NCBI GenBank assembly: GCA_016195025.1
Contig: JACQAL010000036.1
Location: 19,411 to 83,410, forward strand
Reading direction: 5' to 3'
Length of the DNA stretch: 64,000 nt
Source of the DNA: Bacteroidota bacterium
Lineage (GTDB): Bacteria > Bacteroidota > Bacteroidia > Palsa-948
Shown: in pieces, positions 48,140 through 58,098 of the stretch
Layout: each line of letters opens with the position of its first letter
Numbering within the stretch: the first letter of the stretch is position 1
Made by a program: the position numbers and the translations under genes
The notes under the pieces: model-generated
Databases searched by the model: none
What the model was told of the DNA's origin: nothing
What the model saw: the letters and a program-made list of their open reading frames with translations, nothing else

Positions 48140-48754
48140 CTATTCTTCTTCTATAATTTGTTTGTGTTTGTTGACGAGTTTATGTCCTTTGAGCGTGCAG
48201 ATACCATAAAGAAAATGTTCGAGCATGGCAAGCTGCACTTCCAGAATTTTAAATTTATCGGGCGGAAAAACATTCGGATTGAAACCCATTTCAATTTGCT
48301 CCACGCGAAGCCGGGCAAGAATTTTTGTACTAATCTCCTGCCGGATATATCCTTGTTTCATTCCGCGCACGAGCATATCTTCCACCATTGTTAAAATATT
48401 ATTTTCTCGGAATTCCTTAAATAATTTCCAGGATGGCGAATGATATTTTTGCAAATCGTAAATTAAATTCGGATTCATCTGGCTTATAACTTTTCCCAGG
48501 TGCTGCATTATGTTAAACATTTCTTCTATTACATTTTCAGATTCAGATGTGATGCGCCTGAAATTTTTTTGATCCATTTTCATTTTCATTTGCATCAGAG
48601 CGCGCACTACTGCATCTTTGTCCTTATAAAACCGGTAAATTGTTTTTTTGGAAATGGAAAGATGCTTCGCAATATCATCCATGGATACACTCCGGATTCC
48701 GTAGCGGAAAAAAAGTTCCTGCGCTGCCTGCAATATTCTTTCTTTTGCGTTCAT
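48140..48754 (-). CDS. TetR/AcrR family transcriptional regulator (start at MNAKERILQ..., not at the 48898 ATG)
   Basis: N-terminal HTH ...SMDDIAKHLSISKKTIYRFY. Confidence 0.75.
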   Translation of the reverse strand: MNAKERILQAAQELFFRYGIRSVSMDDIAKHLSISKKTIYRFYKDKDAVVRALMQMKMKMDQKNFRRITSESENVIEEMFNIMQHLGKVISQMNPNLIYDLQKYHSPSWKLFKEFRENNILTMVEDMLVRGMKQGYIRQEISTKILARLRVEQIEMGFNPNVFPPDKFKILEVQLAMLEHFLYGICTLKGHKLVNKHKQIIEEE

Positions 48755-48908
48755 AAAAAGAGCGACAAAACTAAAGAAACTTTTAACATTTCCTAAGTTT
48801 CCTGAAAATATTTTTTGAATAATGAGATTTAAATTAAAAATTTGTGGCAAAAACTCCACATAACAGAAATTACGCACATACGGTTGCGAATCTCCCAAAA
48901 GTTTATTT

Positions 48909-50306
48909 TTGCCTGCTCGTTACCTTATATATTATATGAAGAGAACAAAAGTTGCAGAGTTGCTTAACAGCACCGACTTCGGAAAAGAAGTTACTGTAAT
49001 GGGCTGGGTGCGCACCAAGCGTGAAAGCAAGAGTATTGCATTTGTTGCAGTGAACGATGGCTCTACCATTCATAATATCCAGGCAGTAGTAGATATAAAT
49101 AATGAATCGCTGAAATTAATTTCTACCGGAGCGTGCGTTTCAATTACCGGAACTTTAGTTCAATCACAAGGCAAAGGACAAACCTCCGAAATACAAGCAA
49201 AAAAAATTGAAGTGTTTGGAACAGCCGATGAAAGTTTTCCGCTTCAGAAAAAAGGACACACGCTGGAATTTCTTAGAGAGATTGCACATTTACGTCCACG
49301 CACAAATACGTTTGGCGCGGTGCTTCGTGTTCGCCACGCGCTTGCTTACGGCATTCATAAATTTTTTAACGACAAGGGATTTTTTTATTTGAACTCCCCA
49401 ATCATTACGGGAAGCGATGCGGAAGGCGCAGGAGAAATGTTTCACGTAACAAATTTGAATCTGGAAAATCTTCCGAAGAAGGATGGCAAAATAAATTTTG
49501 AAGAAGATTTTTTTGGAAAGGAAACTAACTTAACCGTATCAGGACAATTGGAAGGAGAATGTGCCGCAACAGGAATTGGTTTGATATATACTTTCGGTCC
49601 CACTTTCCGAGCGGAAAATTCAAACACGCCTCGCCATCTCGCAGAATTCTGGATGATAGAACCTGAAATGGCGTTCTATGATATTCACGACAACATGGAT
49701 CTCGCGGAAGAGATGTTAAAATATTTGGTGAAGTACGCGCTTGAACATTGCATGGATGATTTGACTTTCCTGAACAACATGTACGATAAAGAACTTTTGA
49801 ATCGCCTGCACTCGGTGGCGAATTCAACCTTTAAAAGAATTACTTACACGGAAGGAATTGAAATTCTTGAAAAGTCAAAACAGAAATTTGAATTCCCTGT
49901 GAAATGGGGAATTGATCTGCAGCGCGAGCACGAAAGTTTTCTGGTGGAATATTTTAAAACGCCCGTCATCGTTACCGGATATCCAAAGGAAATCAAAGCA
50001 TTTTACATGAAGCAGAATGAAGATGGAAAAACAGTTCGCGCGATGGATGTTTTATTTCCGTATGTAGGAGAAATAATTGGCGGCTCGCAGCGCGAAGAAA
50101 ATTATGACAAACTTTATTCGAGAATAAAAGAACTCGGAATAAAAGAAGAAACATTGTGGTGGTATCTCGAACTCAGAAAATTCGGAACCTGCCCGCACGC
50201 GGGATTTGGTTTGGGATTAGAGCGATTGGTTTTGTTTGTAACCGGAATGCAAAATGTGCGCGATGTAATTCCATTTCCGCGCACGCCTAAGAATGCAGAG
50301 TTCTAA
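48909..50306 (+). CDS. asnS: asparagine--tRNA ligase
   Basis: Class II aaRS motifs plus an OB anticodon-binding N-terminus. The start may be the MKRTKVAEL at 48936. Confidence 0.9.
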   Translation: MPARYLIYYMKRTKVAELLNSTDFGKEVTVMGWVRTKRESKSIAFVAVNDGSTIHNIQAVVDINNESLKLISTGACVSITGTLVQSQGKGQTSEIQAKKIEVFGTADESFPLQKKGHTLEFLREIAHLRPRTNTFGAVLRVRHALAYGIHKFFNDKGFFYLNSPIITGSDAEGAGEMFHVTNLNLENLPKKDGKINFEEDFFGKETNLTVSGQLEGECAATGIGLIYTFGPTFRAENSNTPRHLAEFWMIEPEMAFYDIHDNMDLAEEMLKYLVKYALEHCMDDLTFLNNMYDKELLNRLHSVANSTFKRITYTEGIEILEKSKQKFEFPVKWGIDLQREHESFLVEYFKTPVIVTGYPKEIKAFYMKQNEDGKTVRAMDVLFPYVGEIIGGSQREENYDKLYSRIKELGIKEETLWWYLELRKFGTCPHAGFGLGLERLVLFVTGMQNVRDVIPFPRTPKNAEF

Positions 50307-50340
50307 TTTCGTAAATTCGTAATGATTCGTTATCCGTACC
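50307..50340. repeat. intergenic CGAA-periodic element (copy 2) between the asnS stop and the rpoN start
   Basis: tttcgtaaattcgtaatgattcgttatccgtacc immediately before the ATG. It is about 85% identical to copy 3. Confidence 0.6.
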
Positions 50341-51831
50341 ATGCTTAAGCAGACCTTACAACAAAAACTTCTTCTGAAACTTTCACCTGCGCAAATTCAG
50401 TTGATGAAACTGCTGCAACTTCCTATTACTTCGCTCGAGCAGCGCATTAAAGACGAAATGGAAATCAACCCTGCGCTGGAAGATTCTTCTGTGGAAGAAA
50501 TTAAAGAAGAAAAAGAGGAAGAAGAGTTGAGTGATGAGGAACGCGAAGAGAAAGAAGAAAAAGAAAAGGAAGATGAAGAACGAAATGCACAGGAAGATTT
50601 TTCTCCGGAAGATTATTTAGACGATGATGACGAGATTTCCTACTATAAACTTCAGGTTAACAATAAAGGAAAAGACGATGAAGATAAAAGCATGCCGATG
50701 GCTTCATCGGTGAGTTTTCAGGAAACGCTTTTCAGTCAGTTGGAAAATCTGGAGATGAATGAGCGCGAGCGAATGATTGCCGAATATCTTCTTGGCTGCA
50801 TTGATGAGGATGGATATTTGCGCAGAGATATTTCTTCAATTGTGGACGACATGGCATTTTCGCAAAACATTACAACTTCAGCAGAAGAACTCCAATCGGT
50901 TTTGAAAATGATTCAGGATGAATTTGAACCGGCAGGAATTGGCGGAAGAAATTTGCAGGAATGTTTGAAACTTCAGATTGAAAGAAAGAAATGGAATGAA
51001 ACGCGCGCGTTTGCCTTGCGAATCATCGAAGAGCAGATAGATGAGTTTTCAAAAAAGCATTACAAAAAAATTGCGGACTATTTTCAACTGAAAGAAGACG
51101 ATGCAAAACTTAAAGAAGCACTCGATGAAATTTTAAAACTCAATCCGCGTCCGGGCGGTTCGGCTAAAGAATCCGGTCGAACGATGCTTGAAATTATTCC
51201 CGACTTTCTTCTTTATAATAATAATGGAACGCTCGAGCTTTCATTGAATAGCCGCAATGCGCCCGATTTGCGCATCAGCAATGTATATCAGCAAATGCTG
51301 AATGAATATGGGCAGCGCACAGATAAAACGGGAACAGAAGCCGCGCAGTTTGTGAAACAAAAAATTGAAGGCGCAAAACAATTCATAAATAATTTGAAAG
51401 AAAGGCAAAATACTCTTGCCAGCATTATGAATGCAATTCTCGAATACCAGAAAGATTATTTTCTCACAGGCGATGAACTTTTGCTCAAGCCGATGATATT
51501 AAAAGATATTGCCGACAGAGTGAAACTCGATATATCAACCATTTCACGTGTGACGAGTACAAAATATGTGCAGACAAATTTCGGAACCATTCTTTTGAAA
51601 TCTCTTTTCAACGAAGCCATTTCTACCGAAGAAGGCGAAGACATTTCTTCCAAGAGAGTAAAAAAAATAATTTCTGACGCCATTGAAGCCGAAGACAAAC
51701 ACAAACCGCTCACCGATGAAGCCCTTATGCAGATTCTGAAAAAACAAAGTTTTGTCATAGCGAGAAGAACAGTAGCAAAGTATCGCGAAATGCTCGATAT
51801 TCCTGTGGCAAGGATGCGAAAAAAGTTGTGA
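50341..51831 (+). CDS. rpoN: RNA polymerase sigma-54 factor
   Basis: N-terminal LLKLSPAQIQLMKLLQLP activator-interaction region. C-terminal RpoN box ARRTVAKYRE. Confidence 0.9.
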   Translation: MLKQTLQQKLLLKLSPAQIQLMKLLQLPITSLEQRIKDEMEINPALEDSSVEEIKEEKEEEELSDEEREEKEEKEKEDEERNAQEDFSPEDYLDDDDEISYYKLQVNNKGKDDEDKSMPMASSVSFQETLFSQLENLEMNERERMIAEYLLGCIDEDGYLRRDISSIVDDMAFSQNITTSAEELQSVLKMIQDEFEPAGIGGRNLQECLKLQIERKKWNETRAFALRIIEEQIDEFSKKHYKKIADYFQLKEDDAKLKEALDEILKLNPRPGGSAKESGRTMLEIIPDFLLYNNNGTLELSLNSRNAPDLRISNVYQQMLNEYGQRTDKTGTEAAQFVKQKIEGAKQFINNLKERQNTLASIMNAILEYQKDYFLTGDELLLKPMILKDIADRVKLDISTISRVTSTKYVQTNFGTILLKSLFNEAISTEEGEDISSKRVKKIISDAIEAEDKHKPLTDEALMQILKKQSFVIARRTVAKYREMLDIPVARMRKKL

Positions 51832-51903
51832 AATTTTTTTCTTGCACAGTTTATTTATATTTATACCTTTAATATCCTCAATAATTAACTAAACTTTTTC
51901 CCC

Positions 51904-52362
51904 ATGAAAGTAAAATTACTCGCCCTCATCGCCCTCATCGCCACCGCAAGCATTACAATTATTTTCAGTTGCAAAAAGAAAACTGACGATACGCAAAACA
52001 CTACAACCACTACTCCCACTGCTTCGAGCAGCAATTGGGCGGGTTCGTGGAAAACAACAGACCAATGTCCTACTTCTTCCACCTATACTTTAACGATTAC
52101 TGCTTCCGGTTCTTCTTTAACATTAAAAGGTCTTTTTCATGGCTGTTTTCTTTCTGTGAGCGCAACTGCATCAGGAAATAATTTTACTATTCCTTCTCAA
52201 ACTTTTAATAGTTCTTCGCAAAGCATTTGCGGATATCCTTATACAGTAAGTGGCTCTGGATCAATCAGCGGAAGTTCTCTTAACGCACTTAGTTTTAGTT
52301 TTACTGTAAAAGATAGTTCCGGAAATACCACCAGTTGCACTTCGAGTTCAACCAAATTGTAA
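51904..52362 (+). CDS. hypothetical Thr/Ser-rich lipoprotein
   Basis: Lipobox IFSCKK. Confidence 0.45.
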   Translation: MKVKLLALIALIATASITIIFSCKKKTDDTQNTTTTTPTASSSNWAGSWKTTDQCPTSSTYTLTITASGSSLTLKGLFHGCFLSVSATASGNNFTIPSQTFNSSSQSICGYPYTVSGSGSISGSSLNALSFSFTVKDSSGNTTSCTSSSTKL

Positions 52363-52368
52363 CTAAGG

Positions 52369-52977
52369 TTGAAAGGAGATTTTTTATTTGCAAAAGTTAT
52401 TTCCTATTGTTTTCATCCCTTATTACTGCCAGTAATTGGTTTGTTTTTTATTTTTAACATCAATGATGCATCGCTTTGGATTTCGGATGAGCTGAAATTA
52501 TTTTTATATGCAGTTACTTTTACTGCTACATTTCTTCTTCCTTTACTTAGTGCATTTCTTCTTCTTCAGTTGAAAATTATTTCTTCACTTGAAATGAAAA
52601 CCCGGCAGGAAAGAAAAATTCCTTATCTCGTTGCCGCTGTTTTTTATTTTGCAGAATCTTATTTTCTTCTGAAAACAGATGCACCCATTCTCATTAAAGC
52701 GCTGATGTTTGGCGCAACGCTTCTTGTTGCATCCGTTTTATTCATAAATCTCTTCTGGAAAATTTCCGCGCACATGGTTGGCATAGGAGGATTAATCGGA
52801 ATGCTCATTGCCATTTCGTATCGCTTGCAAATAAGCTTACACTTAATTTCAATTTCTCTTTTTCTCATAGCAGGATTAGTAGGTTTTTCACGGCTGAAAC
52901 TTTCAGCGCACAATCCTGCCGAAGTGTATATTGGTTTTCTTTTGGGCATTGGGGTGCAGTTAATTCTTTTTTTGTGA
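52369..52977 (+). CDS. PAP2-superfamily-like integral membrane protein
   Basis: Degenerate PAP2 motifs (KISAHMVG; SRLKLSAHNPAE) and six TM segments. Confidence 0.4.
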   Translation: MKGDFLFAKVISYCFHPLLLPVIGLFFIFNINDASLWISDELKLFLYAVTFTATFLLPLLSAFLLLQLKIISSLEMKTRQERKIPYLVAAVFYFAESYFLLKTDAPILIKALMFGATLLVASVLFINLFWKISAHMVGIGGLIGMLIAISYRLQISLHLISISLFLIAGLVGFSRLKLSAHNPAEVYIGFLLGIGVQLILFL

Positions 52978-53048
52978 AAGAAAAGTTACAAAAAAAGTTT
53001 CCTTCAATTATTTTTCTTCTGATATTCGCCTTCTGAATTTTTAGAACA

Positions 53049-53741
53049 ATGTTCGCTATGGCAACTACGAAAACCGCAACGTCTGAATTTATTATTCAGC
53101 CGGCAGATTCATCGCATTTTCATTATGCGGAAGAAATCTGCACCCACTACGAAGAAAGCGCCAAGCAGCGCGGAACCGGAATTGCCAAGCGCACACCGGA
53201 ATACGTGACAGAAAAAATGCGCGAGGGCAAAGCAATCATCGCGATTCACCGTGACAGAAGATTTGCGGGCTTCAGTTATATTGAAACATGGTCGCACGGA
53301 AATTATGTGGCGAACTCGGGACTGATTGTAAATCCTGCTTTCCGAATGCACGGGCTTGGCTCTCAAATCAAGAAAGCAATTTTTGAACTCTCGAAGAAAA
53401 AATATCCGCGCGCAAAAATTTTTGGAATCACCACCAGTATGGCTGTCCTGAAAATGAATTCTGATTTGGGATATCGTCCCGTAGTTTTTTCTGAACTAAC
53501 TCAAGATGATGAATTCTGGAAGGGCTGTCAGAGCTGTCCGAACTTTGATATTCTCACGCGCAACAGCCGCAAGATGTGTTTGTGCACGGGAATGTTGTAT
53601 GACCCCGCGCAGAATGAAGGGAAAAAATTCGAAATCAGAAAACAACTTGCAAAGTTTGAACGTTGGCTGAGAATGAAACAATACATACTGCTGAAAAAAT
53701 TTCGAAGTGATAATTCAGAAAACGGAAGCAATTCCCAATAA
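53049..53741 (+). CDS. GNAT-family N-acyltransferase of the Bacteroidota arginine cluster (N-acetyl/N-succinyl-glutamate synthase-like)
   Basis: A GNAT fold placed as the first gene of the arg cluster. Confidence 0.6.
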   Translation: MFAMATTKTATSEFIIQPADSSHFHYAEEICTHYEESAKQRGTGIAKRTPEYVTEKMREGKAIIAIHRDRRFAGFSYIETWSHGNYVANSGLIVNPAFRMHGLGSQIKKAIFELSKKKYPRAKIFGITTSMAVLKMNSDLGYRPVVFSELTQDDEFWKGCQSCPNFDILTRNSRKMCLCTGMLYDPAQNEGKKFEIRKQLAKFERWLRMKQYILLKKFRSDNSENGSNSQ

Positions 53742-53831
53742 GCATGGAAGATTGGATGACCGGATGGTTGGATGATTTTTGGCTGTTAAACATTCTTCCA
53801 ATCATCCACTCTTCCATCCTTCCTTACAACT

Positions 53832-55037
53832 ATGAAAACAAATCCTAAAAAAACTGTTCTGCTTGCATTCAGCGGAGGGCTGGATACAACCTATTGCGCA
53901 ATTTATTTAGCGCAGGAAAAAAATCTTGAAGTTCATACTGCCATTGTGAACACGGGCGGATTTTCTTCAGACGAATTAAAAAAAATTGAGAAGCACGCAT
54001 ATTCGCTCGGAATAAAAAAACATTACACGCTGGATGAAACTTCTTCTTATTATAATGAATGCATTCGCTTTTTAATTTATGGGAATGTTCTGCGCGGGGG
54101 AGTTTATCCGCTTTCTGTTTCTGCTGAAAGAGTTTTTCAGTCAAAGGCAATTGCATTGCAGGCGAAAAAAATAAAAGCTGATTTTATTGCGCACGGAAGC
54201 ACTGGCGCAGGCAATGACCAGGTGAGGTTTGATGTCATCTTCAATATTCTCATTCCGGAAATAAAAATTCTTACTCCTATCCGTGAATTAAAACTTTCGC
54301 GCGAGGAAGAAATAAATTTCCTGAAGGAGAACGGAGTTAAAATGAATTTTGAGAAAGCGCTTTACTCGATCAACAAAGGTTTGTGGGGAACAAGTGTGGG
54401 TGGAAAAGAAACACTCACTTCTGATAAATCTCTTCCCGAAGAAGCATTCCCAACGCAGCTTTCAAAAACAAAAGAAGAGGAACTGGAAATAGGTTTTGCA
54501 AAAGGAGAAGTTAAAAGCGTGAATGGAAAAAAATATTCCGATTCGGTTTCTGCTATACAAAAAATTTCTGAAATCGCTTCTGCATTCGCGATCGGGCGCG
54601 ACATTCACATTGGCGATACGATTATAGGAATAAAAGGAAGAGTAGGTTTTGAAGCGGCAGCTCCGCTCATTATTATCAAGGCGCACGCAACTTTGGAAAA
54701 ACATACGCTCACAAAATGGCAATCGCACTGGAAAGAGCAAATGGGAAATTGGTACGGAATGATGCTGCACGAAGGACAATTTCTCGAACCTGTTATGCGC
54801 AACGTAGAAACTTTTATGGAAGGCACGCAGAAAAATGTAACGGGCACTGTGAAAGTTTTGCTTGCGCCTTACCGCTTCAGCATTATCGGAATAAATTCAA
54901 AATATGATTTGATGTCTTCGAAGTTTGGAAAATACGGAGAGATGAATAATGCGTGGAGCGGGGAAGATGTGAAAGGATTTTCAAAAATTATTTCTAACCA
55001 GACGATGATTTATCATAGGGTAAATGAAAAAGAATAG
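53832..55037 (+). CDS. argG: argininosuccinate synthase
   Basis: PP-loop AFSGGLDTT. Confidence 0.9.
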   Translation: MKTNPKKTVLLAFSGGLDTTYCAIYLAQEKNLEVHTAIVNTGGFSSDELKKIEKHAYSLGIKKHYTLDETSSYYNECIRFLIYGNVLRGGVYPLSVSAERVFQSKAIALQAKKIKADFIAHGSTGAGNDQVRFDVIFNILIPEIKILTPIRELKLSREEEINFLKENGVKMNFEKALYSINKGLWGTSVGGKETLTSDKSLPEEAFPTQLSKTKEEELEIGFAKGEVKSVNGKKYSDSVSAIQKISEIASAFAIGRDIHIGDTIIGIKGRVGFEAAAPLIIIKAHATLEKHTLTKWQSHWKEQMGNWYGMMLHEGQFLEPVMRNVETFMEGTQKNVTGTVKVLLAPYRFSIIGINSKYDLMSSKFGKYGEMNNAWSGEDVKGFSKIISNQTMIYHRVNEKE

Positions 55038-55998
55038 TTCTATAAAAGTTGGAATTGCGGGTGGAGCGGGTTATACAGGCGGAGAACTGATTCGGATTTT
55101 GTTAAATCATCCGAAAGCAGAAATTATTTTCGTTCACAGCAAAAGCAATGCAGGAAATCTTTTAAGCGATGCGCACACAGATCTGCTCGGAGAAACTGAA
55201 ATGAAATTTTCTTCATCGCTTTCAAAAGATATTGATGTTTTATTTTTATGCCTTGGACACGGAGAGTCAGTAAAATTTCTTTCAGCAAATAAAATTAGTG
55301 ACAAGATTAAGGTTATTGATTTGAGTCAGGATTTTCGCCTGAACTCAAAAGATTTTGTTTATGGTTTGCCGGAATTGCAGAGAGAAAAAATAAAAACCGC
55401 AAACAACATTGCAAACCCTGGTTGCTTCGCCACTGCAATTCAACTTGCGCTGCTTCCGCTTGCTGATAAAAAACTTTTGAATGATGAAGTGCACGTAAGC
55501 GCAGTTACGGGCTCAACAGGCGCAGGGCAATCGCTTTCCGCTACTAATCATTTTACTTGGAGAAATAATAATATTTCTATTTACAAAGCATTCACGCATC
55601 AGCATCTGGGAGAAATTACTCACAGCATAAAGCAATTGCAAAAGATTTTTTCATCTGACATTAATTTCATTCCTTACAGAGGAAATTTTGCCAGAGGAAT
55701 TCTGGCTTCTGTATATGTCAACTCGAAATTATCTATTTATGAAGCAAAAAAGCTTTACAAGGATTTCTATAAGGCACATCCGTTCGTTTTTATTTCAGAA
55801 AAAAATCCTGATGTGAAGCAAGTGGTGAATACTAATAAATGCATTCTCTATCTTGAAAAATACGGAGACAAATTATTTATTCAAAGCGTGATTGATAATT
55901 TAACGAAAGGTGCTTCCGGGCAAGCAGTTCAGAATATGAATTTGATTTTTGGATTGGATGAAACTACTGGATTAAAATTAAAACCGTCAGCATTCTGA
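55024..55998 (+). CDS. argC: N-acetyl-gamma-glutamyl-phosphate reductase
   Basis: N-terminal NAD(P)-binding motif VGIAGGAGYTGGELIR and a catalytic Cys region. Confidence 0.85.
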   Translation: MKKNSSIKVGIAGGAGYTGGELIRILLNHPKAEIIFVHSKSNAGNLLSDAHTDLLGETEMKFSSSLSKDIDVLFLCLGHGESVKFLSANKISDKIKVIDLSQDFRLNSKDFVYGLPELQREKIKTANNIANPGCFATAIQLALLPLADKKLLNDEVHVSAVTGSTGAGQSLSATNHFTWRNNNISIYKAFTHQHLGEITHSIKQLQKIFSSDINFIPYRGNFARGILASVYVNSKLSIYEAKKLYKDFYKAHPFVFISEKNPDVKQVVNTNKCILYLEKYGDKLFIQSVIDNLTKGASGQAVQNMNLIFGLDETTGLKLKPSAF

Positions 55999-57137
55999 TG
56001 AAAACATTTGACGTATATCCGCTTCTCGATGTTGAGCCGGTAAAGGCGCTCGGTTGCTGGCTCTGGGATAAAAGCGGAAATAAATATTTGGATTTATATG
56101 GCGGACACGCGGTAATTTCTATCGGGCATTCCCATCCTTATTATGTAAGGAAAATTGAAGAGCAGTTAGAGAAGATTGGTTTTTATTCTAACTCAATTCG
56201 CATTCCGATTCAAGATGAACTCGCACAAAAACTTGGAGAACTTTCCAGCTATGCGGATTATAATTTATTTCTCTGCAACAGCGGTGCGGAAGCGAATGAG
56301 AATGCGTTTAAACTTGCTTCATTCTACAACGGAAGAAAAAAAATTATTGCGTTCAGCAAATCATTTCACGGCAGAACTTCGCTTGCGGTTGCTTCAACGG
56401 ATAACAAATCCATTATCGCGCCTGTGAATGAAATCGAAAATATTTTATTTCTTCCTTTCAATGACGCAACCGCTTTTGAAAATTCAATGAACGATTCCGT
56501 TTGCGCTGTGATTATTGAAGGAATGCAGGGAGTGGGAGGCGTGAATGTTCCAACGGATTCTTTTTTACAGAAAGCAAAATCACTCTGCGAAAAATATAAT
56601 TCGGTTTTGATTCTGGATGAAGTGCAGAGCGGTTACGGCAGAAGCGGAAAATTTTTCGCGCACCAGTATTCAGGAATCAAACCGGATATTATCACCACGG
56701 CAAAAGGAATGGGCAATGGTTTTCCCATAGGAGGAATTCTCATCAGTCCGAAATTCCAGGCGAAGCATCACCAACTCGGAACAACTTTCGGAGGTAATCA
56801 TCTTGCTTGCGCTGCCGCGATTGCTGTGCTCGATGTTATCAAAAACGAAAAGCTGATGATGAATGCAAAAGCGATTGGAGATTATTTAATTTCTTGTCTG
56901 AAAAAAATTAACGGAGTGAAAGAAGTTCGCGGAAGAGGTTTGATGATTGGCATTGAACTGGAATTTCCCTGCGAACAAATCAGGAATGAACTAATCTTCA
57001 CACATAAAATTTTTACCGGCTCTTCTTCCAATAAAAATACCATCCGCATTCTTCCTCCGCTTTCACTTTCAAAAGAGGAAGCGGAAATTTTCCTTCACGC
57101 ATTTGCTGCAGTGATGAAAAAATCTCTTGTCAAATAG
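55998..57137 (+). CDS. argD: acetylornithine/succinylornithine aminotransferase (class III PLP)
   Basis: Class III aminotransferase motifs and a PLP-lysine region (TTAKGMGNG). Confidence 0.85.
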   Translation: MKTFDVYPLLDVEPVKALGCWLWDKSGNKYLDLYGGHAVISIGHSHPYYVRKIEEQLEKIGFYSNSIRIPIQDELAQKLGELSSYADYNLFLCNSGAEANENAFKLASFYNGRKKIIAFSKSFHGRTSLAVASTDNKSIIAPVNEIENILFLPFNDATAFENSMNDSVCAVIIEGMQGVGGVNVPTDSFLQKAKSLCEKYNSVLILDEVQSGYGRSGKFFAHQYSGIKPDIITTAKGMGNGFPIGGILISPKFQAKHHQLGTTFGGNHLACAAAIAVLDVIKNEKLMMNAKAIGDYLISCLKKINGVKEVRGRGLMIGIELEFPCEQIRNELIFTHKIFTGSSSNKNTIRILPPLSLSKEEAEIFLHAFAAVMKKSLVK

Positions 57138-58098
57138 AATGAAGAAATTCACTTCTGTTGATGACGTGCTGAATATTAATCAGCTTGTACTTGAAGCGCT
57201 GGTTGAAAAAAAATTTCCTTTTGCAAATAAAGAATTTGGAAAAAACAAAACTCTCGGGTTAATTTTTCTGAACCCGAGTTTGCGTACGCGGCTCAGCACA
57301 CAGCGTGCCGCGCAAAATCTTGGGATGGATGTCATCGTGATTAACCTTGACAAAGAAGGATGGAATATTGAAACGAAAGATGGCGTTGTGATGGACGGCT
57401 CTGCGGCAGAGCATATAAAGGAAGCGGCTGCCGTCATCGGTCAGTATTGCGATGTCATTGGTGTGCGTTCGTTTCCAAAATTTCATAGCAGAGAGGAAGA
57501 TTACAGTGAAGAGACATTAAAAAAATTTCTTCAGCATTCCGGAGTTCCGGTAATCAGTTTGGAATCTGCAACGCTTCATCCGTTTCAGTCGCTGGCGGAT
57601 TTAATTACGATTAATGAAGTTTGGAAACAGAAAGTGGAAAATAAAAAACCAAAAGTTGTTTTATCCTGGGCGCCTCATCCAAAAATTCTTCCTCAGGCGG
57701 TTCCAAACTCCTTTGCTCAATGGATGTTGAAAACCGATTTTGATTTTGTCATCACGAATCCGCGCGGCTATGAACTCGCAGATGAATTTACAAAAGGCGC
57801 AAAAATTATTTACAATCAGGATGAAGCATTTAAGGGAGCAGATTTTATTTACGCGAAGAACTGGTCTTCCTATAGAGAATATGGAAAAATTTTATCGCAG
57901 GATAAAGAATGGACAATCACAAATAAAAAAATGTCGCTTACGAATAACGGAAAATTTATGCATTGCCTTCCCGTGCGAAGAAACGTGATTGTATCTGATG
58001 AAGTGCTGGACGGGAAAAATTCGGTAGTGATTCAGCAGGCAGGAAACAGAATCTGGTCGGCACAAGTTGTGCTGAAAAAAATCCTTCAGAGTTTGTGA
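57127..58098 (+). CDS. N-acyl-L-ornithine carbamoyltransferase (ArgF'-type, N-acetyl- or N-succinyl-ornithine specific)
   Basis: The S.RTR carbamoyl-phosphate motif SLRTRLS, and the ...HCLP motif. Confidence 0.8.
   Translation: MSNRMKKFTSVDDVLNINQLVLEALVEKKFPFANKEFGKNKTLGLIFLNPSLRTRLSTQRAAQNLGMDVIVINLDKEGWNIETKDGVVMDGSAAEHIKEAAAVIGQYCDVIGVRSFPKFHSREEDYSEETLKKFLQHSGVPVISLESATLHPFQSLADLITINEVWKQKVENKKPKVVLSWAPHPKILPQAVPNSFAQWMLKTDFDFVITNPRGYELADEFTKGAKIIYNQDEAFKGADFIYAKNWSSYREYGKILSQDKEWTITNKKMSLTNNGKFMHCLPVRRNVIVSDEVLDGKNSVVIQQAGNRIWSAQVVLKKILQSL

Noticed and set aside
48755-48898. 48-codon N-terminal extension of the TetR ORF
   Set aside because: The HTH begins right after the internal MNAKERILQ. 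The extension has no similarity to any family and overlaps the divergent asnS promoter region.
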